Source: an uncultured delta proteobacterium (GTDB lineage: Bacteria; Myxococcota_A; Bradymonadia; REDH01). Taken from it: DNA of 44,544 bases. The notes beneath the pieces were generated by a model. That model saw nothing but the letters and a program-made list of their open reading frames with translations, was not told the origin of the DNA and did no database searches. The position numbers were made by a program, and so were the translations under genes. Shown one piece after another: positions 17,123 to 25,810 of the stretch (position 1 is its first letter; each line of letters starts with the position of its first letter). Location of the stretch: NCBI GenBank assembly GCA_903873545.1, contig CAIQPA010000291.1:1-44544 (forward strand), written 5' to 3'.

Positions 17123-18328
17123 ATGGCGACCTATCTCTGGGAAGGACGTACACGCACCGGCGAAGAGAGTTCCGGCGAGATGCAGGCCGAAAACGAGGCC
17201 GATGTCATCAACCGCCTCCGGGCCCAGAACATCCAGCCTGGAAAGATCAAAAAGAAGTCTGCGGACTTCGCGCTCCCCTCCATTGGCGGCGGCGTTACCA
17301 ACAAAGAGCTGGTTATCTTTACCCGTCAGTTCGCCACCATGATCGACGCAGGTCTGCCCCTCGTGCAGTGCCTCGAGATCCTCGGCAACGGCGAACCCAA
17401 CAAGAGCTTCGCCAAGATCATCCTCTCGGTCAAAAACGACGTCGAGACAGGCTCCACCTTCGCGACCGCGCTCAACAAGCACCCCAAGGTCTTCGACGAA
17501 CTCTACGTCAATCTCGTCGCAGCCGGTGAGGTGGGCGGTATTCTCGACACCATCTTGAACCGGCTCGCCATCTACATCGAAAAGTCGGTGAAGCTGAACC
17601 GGAAGGTTGCCGGCGCCTTCACCTACCCGTTGTCGATCGCAGCCATCGCGCTCATTGTCGTCATCGTCCTTCTCTGGAAGGTCATTCCGACCTTCCAGGG
17701 CATGTTCCAATCGATGGGAAAAAAGGCGCTCCCCGCCCCCACCCAGTTCGTTATCGACCTCTCCGACAACTTCGCCAGCAACTGGTACATCTACATCGGC
17801 GGTATCTTCGGAGCCATCTCCGGCTTCCGAACCTTGGTCGCCAACCCGAAAGGCCGATACCTCTTCGACTCCTTCATGCTCCGCACGCCCGTCTTTGGAA
17901 CACTCATCCGTAAGTCGGCCGTCGCTAAGTTCACCCGCACCCTAGGCACCCTCGTATCTGCCGGCGTGCCCATCCTCGATGGACTCGAGATCGTCTCGCG
18001 CACCGCTGGAAACAAGGTAATCGAGCAGGCCATTATGCGTGTTCGTGAGAAGATCTCCGAAGGCCGAACCATGGCGGAGCCGCTCGCCGAGACAGGCATC
18101 TTCCCCAAGATGGTCGTTCAGATGATCGGCGTTGGTGAGGCCACCGGCGCCATGGACACCATGCTCAACAAGATTGCCGACTTCTACGAAGACGAAGTCG
18201 ATGTCGCGGTCGACGCGCTCACCGCACTCCTTGAGCCGGTCATGATGATCTTCATCGGCGGCATCGTCGGTGGCATGCTCATCGCCATGTACCTCCCCAT
18301 CTTCACCATGGCCGACAATGTTGGCTAG
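17123..18328 (+). CDS. pilC: Type IV pilus platform protein PilC (GspF family)
   Basis: 401 aa. Duplicated GspF domain (FTRQFATMIDAGLPLVQCLEIL / FTRTLGTLVSAGVPILDGLEIV) with three hydrophobic segments. Confidence 0.95.
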   Translation: MATYLWEGRTRTGEESSGEMQAENEADVINRLRAQNIQPGKIKKKSADFALPSIGGGVTNKELVIFTRQFATMIDAGLPLVQCLEILGNGEPNKSFAKIILSVKNDVETGSTFATALNKHPKVFDELYVNLVAAGEVGGILDTILNRLAIYIEKSVKLNRKVAGAFTYPLSIAAIALIVVIVLLWKVIPTFQGMFQSMGKKALPAPTQFVIDLSDNFASNWYIYIGGIFGAISGFRTLVANPKGRYLFDSFMLRTPVFGTLIRKSAVAKFTRTLGTLVSAGVPILDGLEIVSRTAGNKVIEQAIMRVREKISEGRTMAEPLAETGIFPKMVVQMIGVGEATGAMDTMLNKIADFYEDEVDVAVDALTALLEPVMMIFIGGIVGGMLIAMYLPIFTMADNVG

Positions 18329-18352
18329 CAGTCGACCTGCCGGGGGGCCTCC

Positions 18353-20161
18353 TTGAACCCCAACACGGGCGCCGCGCCGCTTCCTCACGGGTCGCTCCGC
18401 GAGCGGCTCGAATGGCTCATGCTCTTCCGGGTGGTGGTCGCCTCACTCCTGTTGGGCTCCGCCGTCATCGCCAACCTTGACGACCCTGCTGGCTTCTCCG
18501 ACCCGACCTACATCGCCGTCGCAGCCATCATCATTGTCACCTATCTCGGCACCATCGGGCTCGCCTTCTGGCTGCGGCGCGCCGCCCAACTCGACCTCCT
18601 CGTCCCCGTCCAGATTCTCGGAGACGCCTTCCTCGCCACCTCGCTCGTCCTCATGACGGGAGGCATCGAGTCTATCTTCACCTTCCTCTTCTTCTTCACC
18701 ATCTTCACGGGTGCGATCCTCCGCGGCCGGCAGGGCGCGCTCTTTACCGCCACCATCGCCGCGCTCAGCTATCTCGTCATCTTCGTCATTCAGTTCAGCT
18801 CCTTCGGCTCCGTCCCTGCCCTCTTCTTCGCCGAGGCAACCGCCTCGCAGCAGCTCCCCTTCGACAACGTCGTCGTCCATGTCGCCGCCTTCTACGCTGT
18901 CGGATTCGGTGCCGGCTACCTCGCTGAGCGGATCGGCCAGGTGGGCTCGGAACTCGAACGCAGACAGCTCGATATTCGACAGCTCCGCGCCCTCAACGAC
19001 AACATCGTCCGCTCCCTTTCAGCGGGCCTCGTCACCCTCGACCTCGACGGGCGCGTCTCCTTCTTCAACCCCGCCGCCGCAGAACTCACCGGGATCACCG
19101 AAGAGTCTGCCCGGTTTCAGCCACTCGCTACCATCCTGCCCGAACTGGCAGACCTGCTCGCCGCGGCCACCCGAGATGCAACCCTGCCGGATGGTCGAGT
19201 GGAGGGCACCCTCAGGCGGCCAAACGGCGACGACCTCGTTGTTGGACTGTCGGTCGCCCTCCTGCGCGATCCGCGCGGCCTCCCCAACGGCTACGTCCTC
19301 ACCTTTCAAGACCTGACAGCGCTCAAGTCGATGGAGGTAGAGGTGCAGCGCAGAGACCACCTCGCCGCCATCGGAAAACTCTCCGCCGCCATCGCCCACG
19401 AGATCCGCAACCCGCTCGCCTCCATCTCCGGCTGCGTGGAGCTGCTGGCCAAGCGCACACCGGAGGGAGCCGAAGAACGTCAGCTCACAGACATCGTCGT
19501 TCGGGAGGTCGACCGGCTCAACGGGCTCGTCGAGGAGTTTCTGGAGTATGCCCGCCCCATTCAGGTGAGCCGCCGCCGCTTTTCGCTTACCGAACTGGTG
19601 GGAGAGGTGGTTCAGATGGCCACCATCGACGTCCGCATCTCCGATGGCATCCTCATCGAGATGATGCACCACGCCTCCGGCGAACTGATCCTCGACTCTG
19701 ATCCGCAGCGCATTCGCCAGGTGCTGGTCAACCTCGTCCGCAACGGCTGCCAGGCCATGGAGCGCGGTGGCAGACTCCGCATCACAACCTCCCGCATGGC
19801 CTTCGGTTCCGGTGGAAGCCCCTACGTCGCCGTCCAGGTCGACGACACGGGCCCCGGCCTCACCGAGGAGGTACGGCAGAACCTCTTCGAACCTTTCTTC
19901 ACGACCAAGCAGTCGGGGACAGGGCTCGGGCTCGCGACCAGCTACCGCATCGTCAGCGAGCTCGGCGGCGTGCTGCTTGCAGACAACGCACCAGGAGGCG
20001 GCGCCCGGTTCGTGCTCATGATGCCGCTGCTTTCCTCGTCCGATCTTCCTACGGAGGTGGCGCCGACAGCCTCCGAGCGGGTAAGGGGGGCGGTGCGTGC
20101 GGCGGCGATCAGTACCGCGGCTCATCCCGTCCCTGCCTCAGCGCTCCCCACCAGGTCCTAA
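18353..20161 (+). CDS. pilS: Sensor histidine kinase PilS (polytopic N-terminus, PAS, HisKA, HATPase_c)
   Basis: 602 aa, TTG start. Five or six N-terminal helices, then the H-box AHEIRNPL, N-box LVNLVRNGCQAM and G-boxes DDTGPGL / GTGLGLA. Sits immediately upstream of pilR. Confidence 0.85.
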   Translation: MNPNTGAAPLPHGSLRERLEWLMLFRVVVASLLLGSAVIANLDDPAGFSDPTYIAVAAIIIVTYLGTIGLAFWLRRAAQLDLLVPVQILGDAFLATSLVLMTGGIESIFTFLFFFTIFTGAILRGRQGALFTATIAALSYLVIFVIQFSSFGSVPALFFAEATASQQLPFDNVVVHVAAFYAVGFGAGYLAERIGQVGSELERRQLDIRQLRALNDNIVRSLSAGLVTLDLDGRVSFFNPAAAELTGITEESARFQPLATILPELADLLAAATRDATLPDGRVEGTLRRPNGDDLVVGLSVALLRDPRGLPNGYVLTFQDLTALKSMEVEVQRRDHLAAIGKLSAAIAHEIRNPLASISGCVELLAKRTPEGAEERQLTDIVVREVDRLNGLVEEFLEYARPIQVSRRRFSLTELVGEVVQMATIDVRISDGILIEMMHHASGELILDSDPQRIRQVLVNLVRNGCQAMERGGRLRITTSRMAFGSGGSPYVAVQVDDTGPGLTEEVRQNLFEPFFTTKQSGTGLGLATSYRIVSELGGVLLADNAPGGGARFVLMMPLLSSSDLPTEVAPTASERVRGAVRAAAISTAAHPVPASALPTRS

Positions 20162-20162
20162 C

Positions 20163-21557
20163 ATGGCAAAGATCCTTGTTGTCGATGACGAGCGCAGCAT
20201 CCGCGAGCTCGCCGCGATTGTCCTCAAGAAAGAGGGCCACGAGATCGAGCTCTGCGAGTCGGGCGACATTGCCTGCATCCGGCTGGCGCAAGACAACTTC
20301 GACCTCGTCCTCACAGACCTCAAGATGCCCGGGAAGTCGGGCATGGAGGTCCTGCTTGCGGCCAAGGCTGCCGACCGGAGCACCCAGGTCATCCTCATGA
20401 CCGCCTTTGCCAGCACCGACACCGCCATCGCAGCCATGAAGGAGGGGGCGGCCGACTACATCACCAAGCCCTTCAAGATCGATGAGTTGATCGTTCAGGT
20501 CGCCAAAGCGCTCGATGTCCGGCAGCTCGAGCGCGAGAACACCTTCCTCAAGAAGCAGCTCGCCACCACCCGCAAGGGTGTCGGGCTCGTGGGGACCAGC
20601 GAGGCCATGCGGCGGGTGAACGAGATGGTCGCGCGCGTCGCGCCTGCCAAAACCACGGTGCTCATCACCGGCGAGAGCGGCACGGGGAAGGAGATGTTCG
20701 CCCGCTCCATCCACGCCCAGAGCGACCGTTCTTCGCGGGCCTTCATCCCCATCAACTGCGGCGCGATCCCCGAGAGCCTGATCGAGAGCGAACTGTTCGG
20801 TCACACCAAGGGGGCCTTCACGGGTGCCACGGGTGACAAAAAGGGGCTATTCTCTGCTGCCGAGGGTGGCACCATCTTCCTCGACGAGATCGGTGAACTG
20901 CCGCTGGCCATGCAGGTGAAGCTCCTGCGCGTCCTTCAGGAGCGGAAGATCAAGCGGGTAGGCTCCGCCACAGAAGAGACCGTGGATGCCCGCGTGGTGG
21001 CCGCTACCAACCGCGACCTCCGCGACATGGTCAAGGCAGGAACCTTCCGGGAAGATCTCTTCTACCGCCTCAATGTCATCGAACTTCACCTGCCGCCCCT
21101 GAGGGAGCGGCGTGACGATATCCCGCTCCTCATCCACCACTTCATCGCCAAGTATGCAGCCGAGCTCAGCAAGACGATCCGCGGCGTCGAGAAGGACGCC
21201 ATGCAGTGCCTGCTTGGCCACCCGTATCAGGGAAATGTCCGTGAGCTGGAGAACATCGTGGAGCGCGCCGTCACGCTGGAACTCGCAGAGCTCATCACGC
21301 GTGACTCGCTCCCCCAGGGGATGCAGGAGGCCGTCCGCTCCATCGAGATCGGCGGCTCGCTCGAAGTGACCGAAGATGGCGTTGATCTCGAGGCCATCGT
21401 GGAGCAGCTCGAACGCACCCTCATCTCAAAGGCGCTAAAGCGGGCATCGGGGGTTCGCACCGAGGCCGCCGGCCTGCTGAAGATCAGCTTCCGCTCCCTC
21501 CGCTACCGCCTGCAGAAGTATGGCATCGACGGCGGCGACATCGACGACCCCTCGTAA
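20163..21557 (+). CDS. pilR: Sigma54-dependent response regulator PilR (REC-AAA+-HTH, NtrC family)
   Basis: ORF 20097..21557, start taken at ATG 20163 (MAKILVVDDERSIRE), 1 nt after the pilS stop. Contains GESGTGKE, the GAFTGA loop and a C-terminal Fis-type HTH region. Confidence 0.9.
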   Translation: MAKILVVDDERSIRELAAIVLKKEGHEIELCESGDIACIRLAQDNFDLVLTDLKMPGKSGMEVLLAAKAADRSTQVILMTAFASTDTAIAAMKEGAADYITKPFKIDELIVQVAKALDVRQLERENTFLKKQLATTRKGVGLVGTSEAMRRVNEMVARVAPAKTTVLITGESGTGKEMFARSIHAQSDRSSRAFIPINCGAIPESLIESELFGHTKGAFTGATGDKKGLFSAAEGGTIFLDEIGELPLAMQVKLLRVLQERKIKRVGSATEETVDARVVAATNRDLRDMVKAGTFREDLFYRLNVIELHLPPLRERRDDIPLLIHHFIAKYAAELSKTIRGVEKDAMQCLLGHPYQGNVRELENIVERAVTLELAELITRDSLPQGMQEAVRSIEIGGSLEVTEDGVDLEAIVEQLERTLISKALKRASGVRTEAAGLLKISFRSLRYRLQKYGIDGGDIDDPS

Positions 21558-21572
21558 CCCTCCACGGAGAAT

Positions 21573-22124
21573 ATGCTCATGCCAATTCACGCATCTCACC
21601 GCCGCGGCTTCTCTCTCATCGAGCTGATGATCGTTGTCTCGATCATCGGCGTCCTTGCCTCCCTGGCCGCCGTCGCCTGGGGCAAGCAGGTCCGCAAGGG
21701 CCGCGAGGTGAAGGTCAACCAACTCTTTGCCTCCCTCGCCACGGCGCAGGAGACCTACCGCAGCTCACGGGGCCAGTATGCAGGCGCCTCTGCCTGGTCT
21801 CCCACGGCGGTACCGCAGAGCGTCGATGCCCCTTTCGCACCGGTCGACGGCGTATTCTCGGCGCTCGGCATCAACGTGCCGGCTCAGAGCCGTTTTGCAT
21901 TCTATGTGCAGTCGGGAACACCGGCAGACACCTGTGGCACGCCCCCTGCGATCAGTGGCACGAGCTTCAGCTCAGCGGAGGCCTGTGATGCTGTGGCTGC
22001 GGGCTCCTTCTACTGGCAGCTGTTTGCAGTGAGCGATCAGGACGGCGACGGCACCAACGCGCGGTTTGTGCTCACCAGTGGCATGACAGAGGGCGTGCCG
22101 GTCGTCGTGAACTCGGCCGAGTGA
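21573..22124 (+). CDS. Type IV pilin-like protein (prepilin-type N-terminal cleavage/methylation domain)
   Basis: HRRG|[22 protein letters not shown] class III signal. Two Cys (ADTCG...AEAC) and an SDQDGDGTNARF motif near the C-terminus. GGAG lies upstream, and the start is ATG 21573 or 21579. Only 15 nt after the pilR stop. Confidence 0.8.
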   Translation: MLMPIHASHRRGFSLIELMIVVSIIGVLASLAAVAWGKQVRKGREVKVNQLFASLATAQETYRSSRGQYAGASAWSPTAVPQSVDAPFAPVDGVFSALGINVPAQSRFAFYVQSGTPADTCGTPPAISGTSFSSAEACDAVAAGSFYWQLFAVSDQDGDGTNARFVLTSGMTEGVPVVVNSAE

Positions 22125-22343
22125 GCCGGGCCTGCCCAAAAACAGACCCGCGGTAGCGCTCGGCTGACAAAATTGGGCGTAGGAGCGGGAGCGCCGGCTA
22201 GGTGTCCGTAGGTACACGGGATAGCCATTGTCGCCCTCGGTCACTCGGCACGAAGCGTCCGAAAACATTCTTTTCTAGTTTACCCAATCATTTCATTGTC
22301 ATATCGTCTTTTGCTGCCATGTGATCTTTCTCTTCTGCAGACT

Positions 22344-22359
22344 TGGCACGAAGGTCGCA
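22344..22359 (+). promoter_or_regulatory. Candidate sigma54 (-24/-12) promoter of pilA copy 1
   Basis: TGGCACGAAGGTCGCA has GG and GC at the canonical 12-nt offset (consensus TGGCAC-N5-TTGCA). It lies 58 nt upstream of ATG 22418, inside an AT-richer 293-bp intergenic region and downstream of a sigma54 activator gene (pilR). Confidence 0.6.
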
Positions 22360-22417
22360 TCTATCCAGACATCCAACCCCGGTGGCAATTCCGCCACCAC
22401 ATTTGAGGAGAGAAGCC

Positions 22418-22948
22418 ATGAACAGCATCAACAATCGCAAGGGTTTCACGCTCATCGAGCTCATGATCGTCGTCGCGATCCTCGGCATCCTTGCCGCGGT
22501 CGCCATCCCGGCCTTCCTCAAGTACATCAAGCGCTCGAAGACGACCGAAGCGACGATGAACGTCCGCAAGCTGTACGACTCGTCGGTCACCTACTTCGCT
22601 GGTGAGCACACCCTCGCGACGGGCGCCATCGTGTCGGCCCAGTTCCCCATCACCACCGCGACCCTTCCGACGCTCGCCACGATCGGCGACGTCAAGATCA
22701 CGACCGCTCCCTCCTCGTGGGACGGCGTTGGCACCTGGAACGCCCTCCAGTTCTCGGTCTCTGACCCCTCCTACTTCGCCTACCAGTACGACTCGGCTGG
22801 CACGACCAACGACGCCAAGTTCACGGCTACCGCCTTCGGTGACCTTGACGGCGACCAGATCTACTCGACCTTCACCCGCGTCGGTGCGGTCGTTGACATG
22901 GAAGTCAAGGGCGGCGCCGGTCTCTTCATCGACAAGGAGATCGAGTAA
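22418..22948 (+). CDS. pilA: Major type IV pilin PilA, paralogue 1
   Basis: ORF 22343..22948, start taken at ATG 22418 with GAGGAG 7 nt upstream. MNSINNRKG|[24 protein letters not shown] class III signal with Glu5. 176 aa, no Cys. Confidence 0.85.
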   Translation: MNSINNRKGFTLIELMIVVAILGILAAVAIPAFLKYIKRSKTTEATMNVRKLYDSSVTYFAGEHTLATGAIVSAQFPITTATLPTLATIGDVKITTAPSSWDGVGTWNALQFSVSDPSYFAYQYDSAGTTNDAKFTATAFGDLDGDQIYSTFTRVGAVVDMEVKGGAGLFIDKEIE

Positions 22949-22993
22949 TCGATCCCGACCCATTCGGTCACCCCGGGCGGTCGGCGAATTCAT

Positions 22994-23035
22994 CGCCGGC
23001 CGTTCGGCGTTTTTGGACCGCCGTTCGGCGTTTTT
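22994..23035 (+). terminator. Two tandem rho-independent terminators after pilA copy 1
   Basis: CGCCG-GCCGTT-CGGCG followed by TTTTT (22994..23014), then CGCC-GTTC-GGCG followed by TTTTT (23019..23035). The unit CCGTTCGGCGTTTTT is directly repeated. Confidence 0.6.
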
Positions 23036-23191
23036 CGTCCGCTCCGTTCCCCGCCTGACAACTTTTGTCTCTTCTGGCATCGGCCAGCGGGACCCTCAGC
23101 GGCCCTCTTTCGGGCGATGCCTTTCGCGCAAGGCCCCGTATTTCCTCGCGCCACTTATTTTGTTTGCTTGCGCGCCTGAAGATCGTCACAA

Positions 23192-23207
23192 TGGCCCAGC
23201 TTGTGCA
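23192..23207 (+). promoter_or_regulatory. Candidate sigma54 (-24/-12) promoter of pilA copy 2
   Basis: TGGCCCAGCTTGTGCA has GG and GC at the canonical offset. It lies 44 nt upstream of ATG 23251. Confidence 0.5.
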
Positions 23208-23250
23208 ACACTCCACACGTTACCCTCTCCCCCTAAGACATCGAGGCACC

Positions 23251-23781
23251 ATGTCCGTCCGCAACCGCAAGGGATTCACCCTCATCGAACTCATGATTGT
23301 CGTCGCGATCCTCGGCATCCTTGCCGCAGTAGCGATCCCAGCCTTCCTCAAGTACATCAAGCGCTCCAAGACCGCCGAAGCGACGATGAACGTCCGGAAG
23401 CTCTTCGATGCCTCCGTCACCTACTTCGCCTCCGAGCACGCTGGAACGGGCGGTGGAATTCTCGCCGCGGGCTTCCCCGACACCGCAGGTCCTCTGCCGC
23501 TCCTCACCGCCATCGGGGATGTGAAGGTCACGACGGCCCCCTCCTCGTGGGATGGTGTTCCCACCTGGAATGCCCTGCAGTTCTCGGTCTCCGACCCGAG
23601 CTACTACGCCTACCAGTACAACTCGAACGGCTCGACCACCAACCAGGCGAAGTTCACCGCTACGGCCTTCGGCAACCTTGACGGTGACGGCGAGTTCGCC
23701 ACCTTCACCCGCGTTGCCTCCGTCGTCGCGATGGAGATCAAGGGCGGTGCAGGCCTCTACATCGACAAGGAAATCGAGTAA
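23251..23781 (+). CDS. pilA: Major type IV pilin PilA, paralogue 2
   Basis: ORF 23065..23781, start taken at ATG 23251 with GAGG upstream. MSVRNRKG|[24 protein letters not shown]. 176 aa, no Cys, and collinear with copy 1 along its whole length. Confidence 0.85.
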   Translation: MSVRNRKGFTLIELMIVVAILGILAAVAIPAFLKYIKRSKTAEATMNVRKLFDASVTYFASEHAGTGGGILAAGFPDTAGPLPLLTAIGDVKVTTAPSSWDGVPTWNALQFSVSDPSYYAYQYNSNGSTTNQAKFTATAFGNLDGDGEFATFTRVASVVAMEIKGGAGLYIDKEIE

Positions 23782-23801
23782 TCGATTGCGCGTCGGATGA
23801 C

Positions 23802-23834
23802 GGGCCAGCCTTCGGGTTGGCCCTCGTCGTTTTT
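23802..23834 (+). terminator. Rho-independent terminator after pilA copy 2
   Basis: GGGCCAGCC-TTCG-GGTTGGCCC forms a 9-bp stem with one G-U pair. It is followed by TCGTCGTTTTT. Confidence 0.65.
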
Positions 23835-23870
23835 GTCGCCTCTTTCTGGCACTTTCTCGTTGCCCCGAAC

Positions 23871-24845
23871 ATGACAGCGGCGCCTGTTTCGCCTACCGTT
23901 CTGGAGTCTGCGGCAGGCCTCTGTCGCTCCCGTCTCGCTGGTCGATCCGTGCAAACCCCTGCCACATCGAAACCTGCTCGGTTGGCCCCTCTGCTGCCCG
24001 CTCTTGCCTGTCTGATGGGGTTGGCCTTCATCGCGCAAGCCAAACTCAGTGCAACGCTTCTCCGTGCTGCAGAGCCCGTCCCGTCGCGCAGCGCTGCCGT
24101 CGGGCCTGCCTCTGCAGGAGCGACCTGGCGTCTGCTATCACTGGGGCACCACGAGGCCGCTGCAGACCTCCTCTGGTTGAACGCGCTCGCGCAGTTTGCC
24201 CAGACCTACGGTCTCGCCCGCGACCCGCGCTGGATGGATGAGCACATCGACGCCGTCGTCGGCGTCGATCCTCGCTATCGCATCGTTTACGAATGGGCGG
24301 GCACCATCGTCATGTATGGCGCGGTCATCAACAACGACTCCGTCAATGCCTCCATCCGTCATCTCGAGCGTGGTCTGAAGCGATTTCCCGGCGACTCGGT
24401 GCTGCTTTCCATGCTCGCGGTGAACCACCTGTTCGAGTACCAGCCTGAGAGTGACGCAGACAAGGAGCGTGCGCAGCGGCTCGGCCGGCAGGCGCTGCTC
24501 GCAGCTGCTGATGCTCCGGATGCCTCTTCTACGATTCGTCTGGCCGCCGCCACCGTAGCGCGCAAATCTGGCACCCGCGGCGAGGCCTTTGCGACCGCCC
24601 GCACCGGACTCCTGGCAGATGACGGTTCAGAGCAGGTGCGCTCGCTCCGCACCCAGCTCGGCCAGGCGCTGCGAGGCCCCGAACTTCATGCCCTCCTGCA
24701 GGAGCGGCAGGTCCTCGTCGCGCTTCGCAACGAACTCCACTGGGGCGTTCTAGCGGCCGAGTCGGCACTGCTGCTTCATCCCGAGCCGAGGCTCCTCTTT
24801 TCGGCCTCTGACCTGGCCATCCCGACCATCGACGAGGCAGAGTGA
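23871..24845 (+). CDS. Membrane-anchored helical protein of unknown function, in the position of M. xanthus pilG
   Basis: ORF 23817..24845. The 23817 start lies inside the pilA terminator, so I use ATG 23871 (MTAAPVSPTV...). One hydrophobic anchor (LAPLLPALACLMGLAFIA) is followed by an alpha-helical, repeat-like sequence. Assignment is by position only. Confidence 0.45.
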   Translation: MTAAPVSPTVLESAAGLCRSRLAGRSVQTPATSKPARLAPLLPALACLMGLAFIAQAKLSATLLRAAEPVPSRSAAVGPASAGATWRLLSLGHHEAAADLLWLNALAQFAQTYGLARDPRWMDEHIDAVVGVDPRYRIVYEWAGTIVMYGAVINNDSVNASIRHLERGLKRFPGDSVLLSMLAVNHLFEYQPESDADKERAQRLGRQALLAAADAPDASSTIRLAAATVARKSGTRGEAFATARTGLLADDGSEQVRSLRTQLGQALRGPELHALLQERQVLVALRNELHWGVLAAESALLLHPEPRLLFSASDLAIPTIDEAE

Positions 24846-25810
24846 TGAGTAGCTTCACAACGCGCAGGCCAGTTGTCCTGATCACAGGTGGCGCAGGCTT
24901 CATCGGCAGCACGCTCGCACTCAGGCTGGCAGCGCACTGCGACGTGCGAATCTTCGACACTTTCGCCCGTAACGCCCTCGGAGGAACCGGCCTCGAGGCC
25001 CACCCTGCGGTGACGTTCCTGCGTGGCGATGTGCTTGATGGCCCGGGTGTAGCCGCAGCGATGCAGGGCGTTGACCAAGTCTACCACCTCGCCTCGATTG
25101 CAGGCGTTGGCACGGTGCTCAACCACCCCGTCCGAACCATGCGGGTTGCCATTCAGGGCACCTTTGCGGTGCTCGACGCCGCGGTCGCGCAGCCTGTCCC
25201 TCCCCGCGTCGTCGTCTTCTCCACCTCGGAGGTCTACGGCCGGCAGGCGCGCAATGTGTCGGAGTCTGACGACACAGCCGTGGGCCCGGTGTCGCAGAGC
25301 CGCTGGACCTACGCCTCGGCCAAACTGGCGGTCGAACACCTCGCGCACGCCTTTGGACGGGAGCATGGTCTGCAGGTGGCGACGGTACGCCCCTTCAATG
25401 TCTACGGCCCGCGCCAGGTGGGGGAGGGCGCCATTCATCACTTCGTGCGCAAGGCGCTGCTCGGCGAGCCGCTCGTGGTCCATAACGACGGCTCGCAGCA
25501 GCGCTCCTGGCTCTTCGTTGACGACATGGTCACGGGCACCATCGCAACGATGGAGCGCGACGAGGCCGTGGGGCAGGCCTTCAACCTTGGCAATCCGGAG
25601 GCGACCGTCTCGGTGCGAGAACTGGCCGAGCTGGTGGTCGCGGTATCGGGGTCTTCGTCGCCCATCGTTTCTGAGTCTCGAGACTACCCCGATATCGAGG
25701 TACGCATTCCGAGCATCGACCGTGCCCGAGCGCTGCTCGGCTTTGCGCCGGAGGTCGACCTCCGGGCAGGCATTGAGCGCACGGTCGCCTGGTATCGGAA
25801 GGGCGCATGA
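24842..25810 (+). CDS. NAD-dependent sugar-nucleotide epimerase/dehydratase (extended SDR)
   Basis: 322 aa. VVLITGGAGFIGSTLALRL (GxxGxxG) and YASAKLAVEHL (YxxxK). The start GTGATG overlaps the upstream stop. Confidence 0.85.
   Translation: MMSSFTTRRPVVLITGGAGFIGSTLALRLAAHCDVRIFDTFARNALGGTGLEAHPAVTFLRGDVLDGPGVAAAMQGVDQVYHLASIAGVGTVLNHPVRTMRVAIQGTFAVLDAAVAQPVPPRVVVFSTSEVYGRQARNVSESDDTAVGPVSQSRWTYASAKLAVEHLAHAFGREHGLQVATVRPFNVYGPRQVGEGAIHHFVRKALLGEPLVVHNDGSQQRSWLFVDDMVTGTIATMERDEAVGQAFNLGNPEATVSVRELAELVVAVSGSSSPIVSESRDYPDIEVRIPSIDRARALLGFAPEVDLRAGIERTVAWYRKGA

Noticed and set aside
14395-17710. Long minus-strand ORFs 14395..15540 and 15926..17710, antisense to pilB, pilT and pilC
   Set aside because: The plus-strand proteins carry unambiguous Walker and GspE/GspF signatures. 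The antisense translations are low-complexity Asp/Gly/Glu/Val strings.
23075-23089. TGGCATCGGCCAGCG as a second sigma54 candidate for pilA copy 2
   Set aside because: The -12 GC is one position out of register and the TTGC box is absent. The element at 23192..23207 fits better.
23847-23863. TGGCAC...TTGC sigma54-like element upstream of the pilG-position gene
   Set aside because: The GG-to-GC offset is 14 nt instead of 12, so the spacing is wrong for a functional -24/-12 promoter. It also sits right after the pilA terminator T-run.
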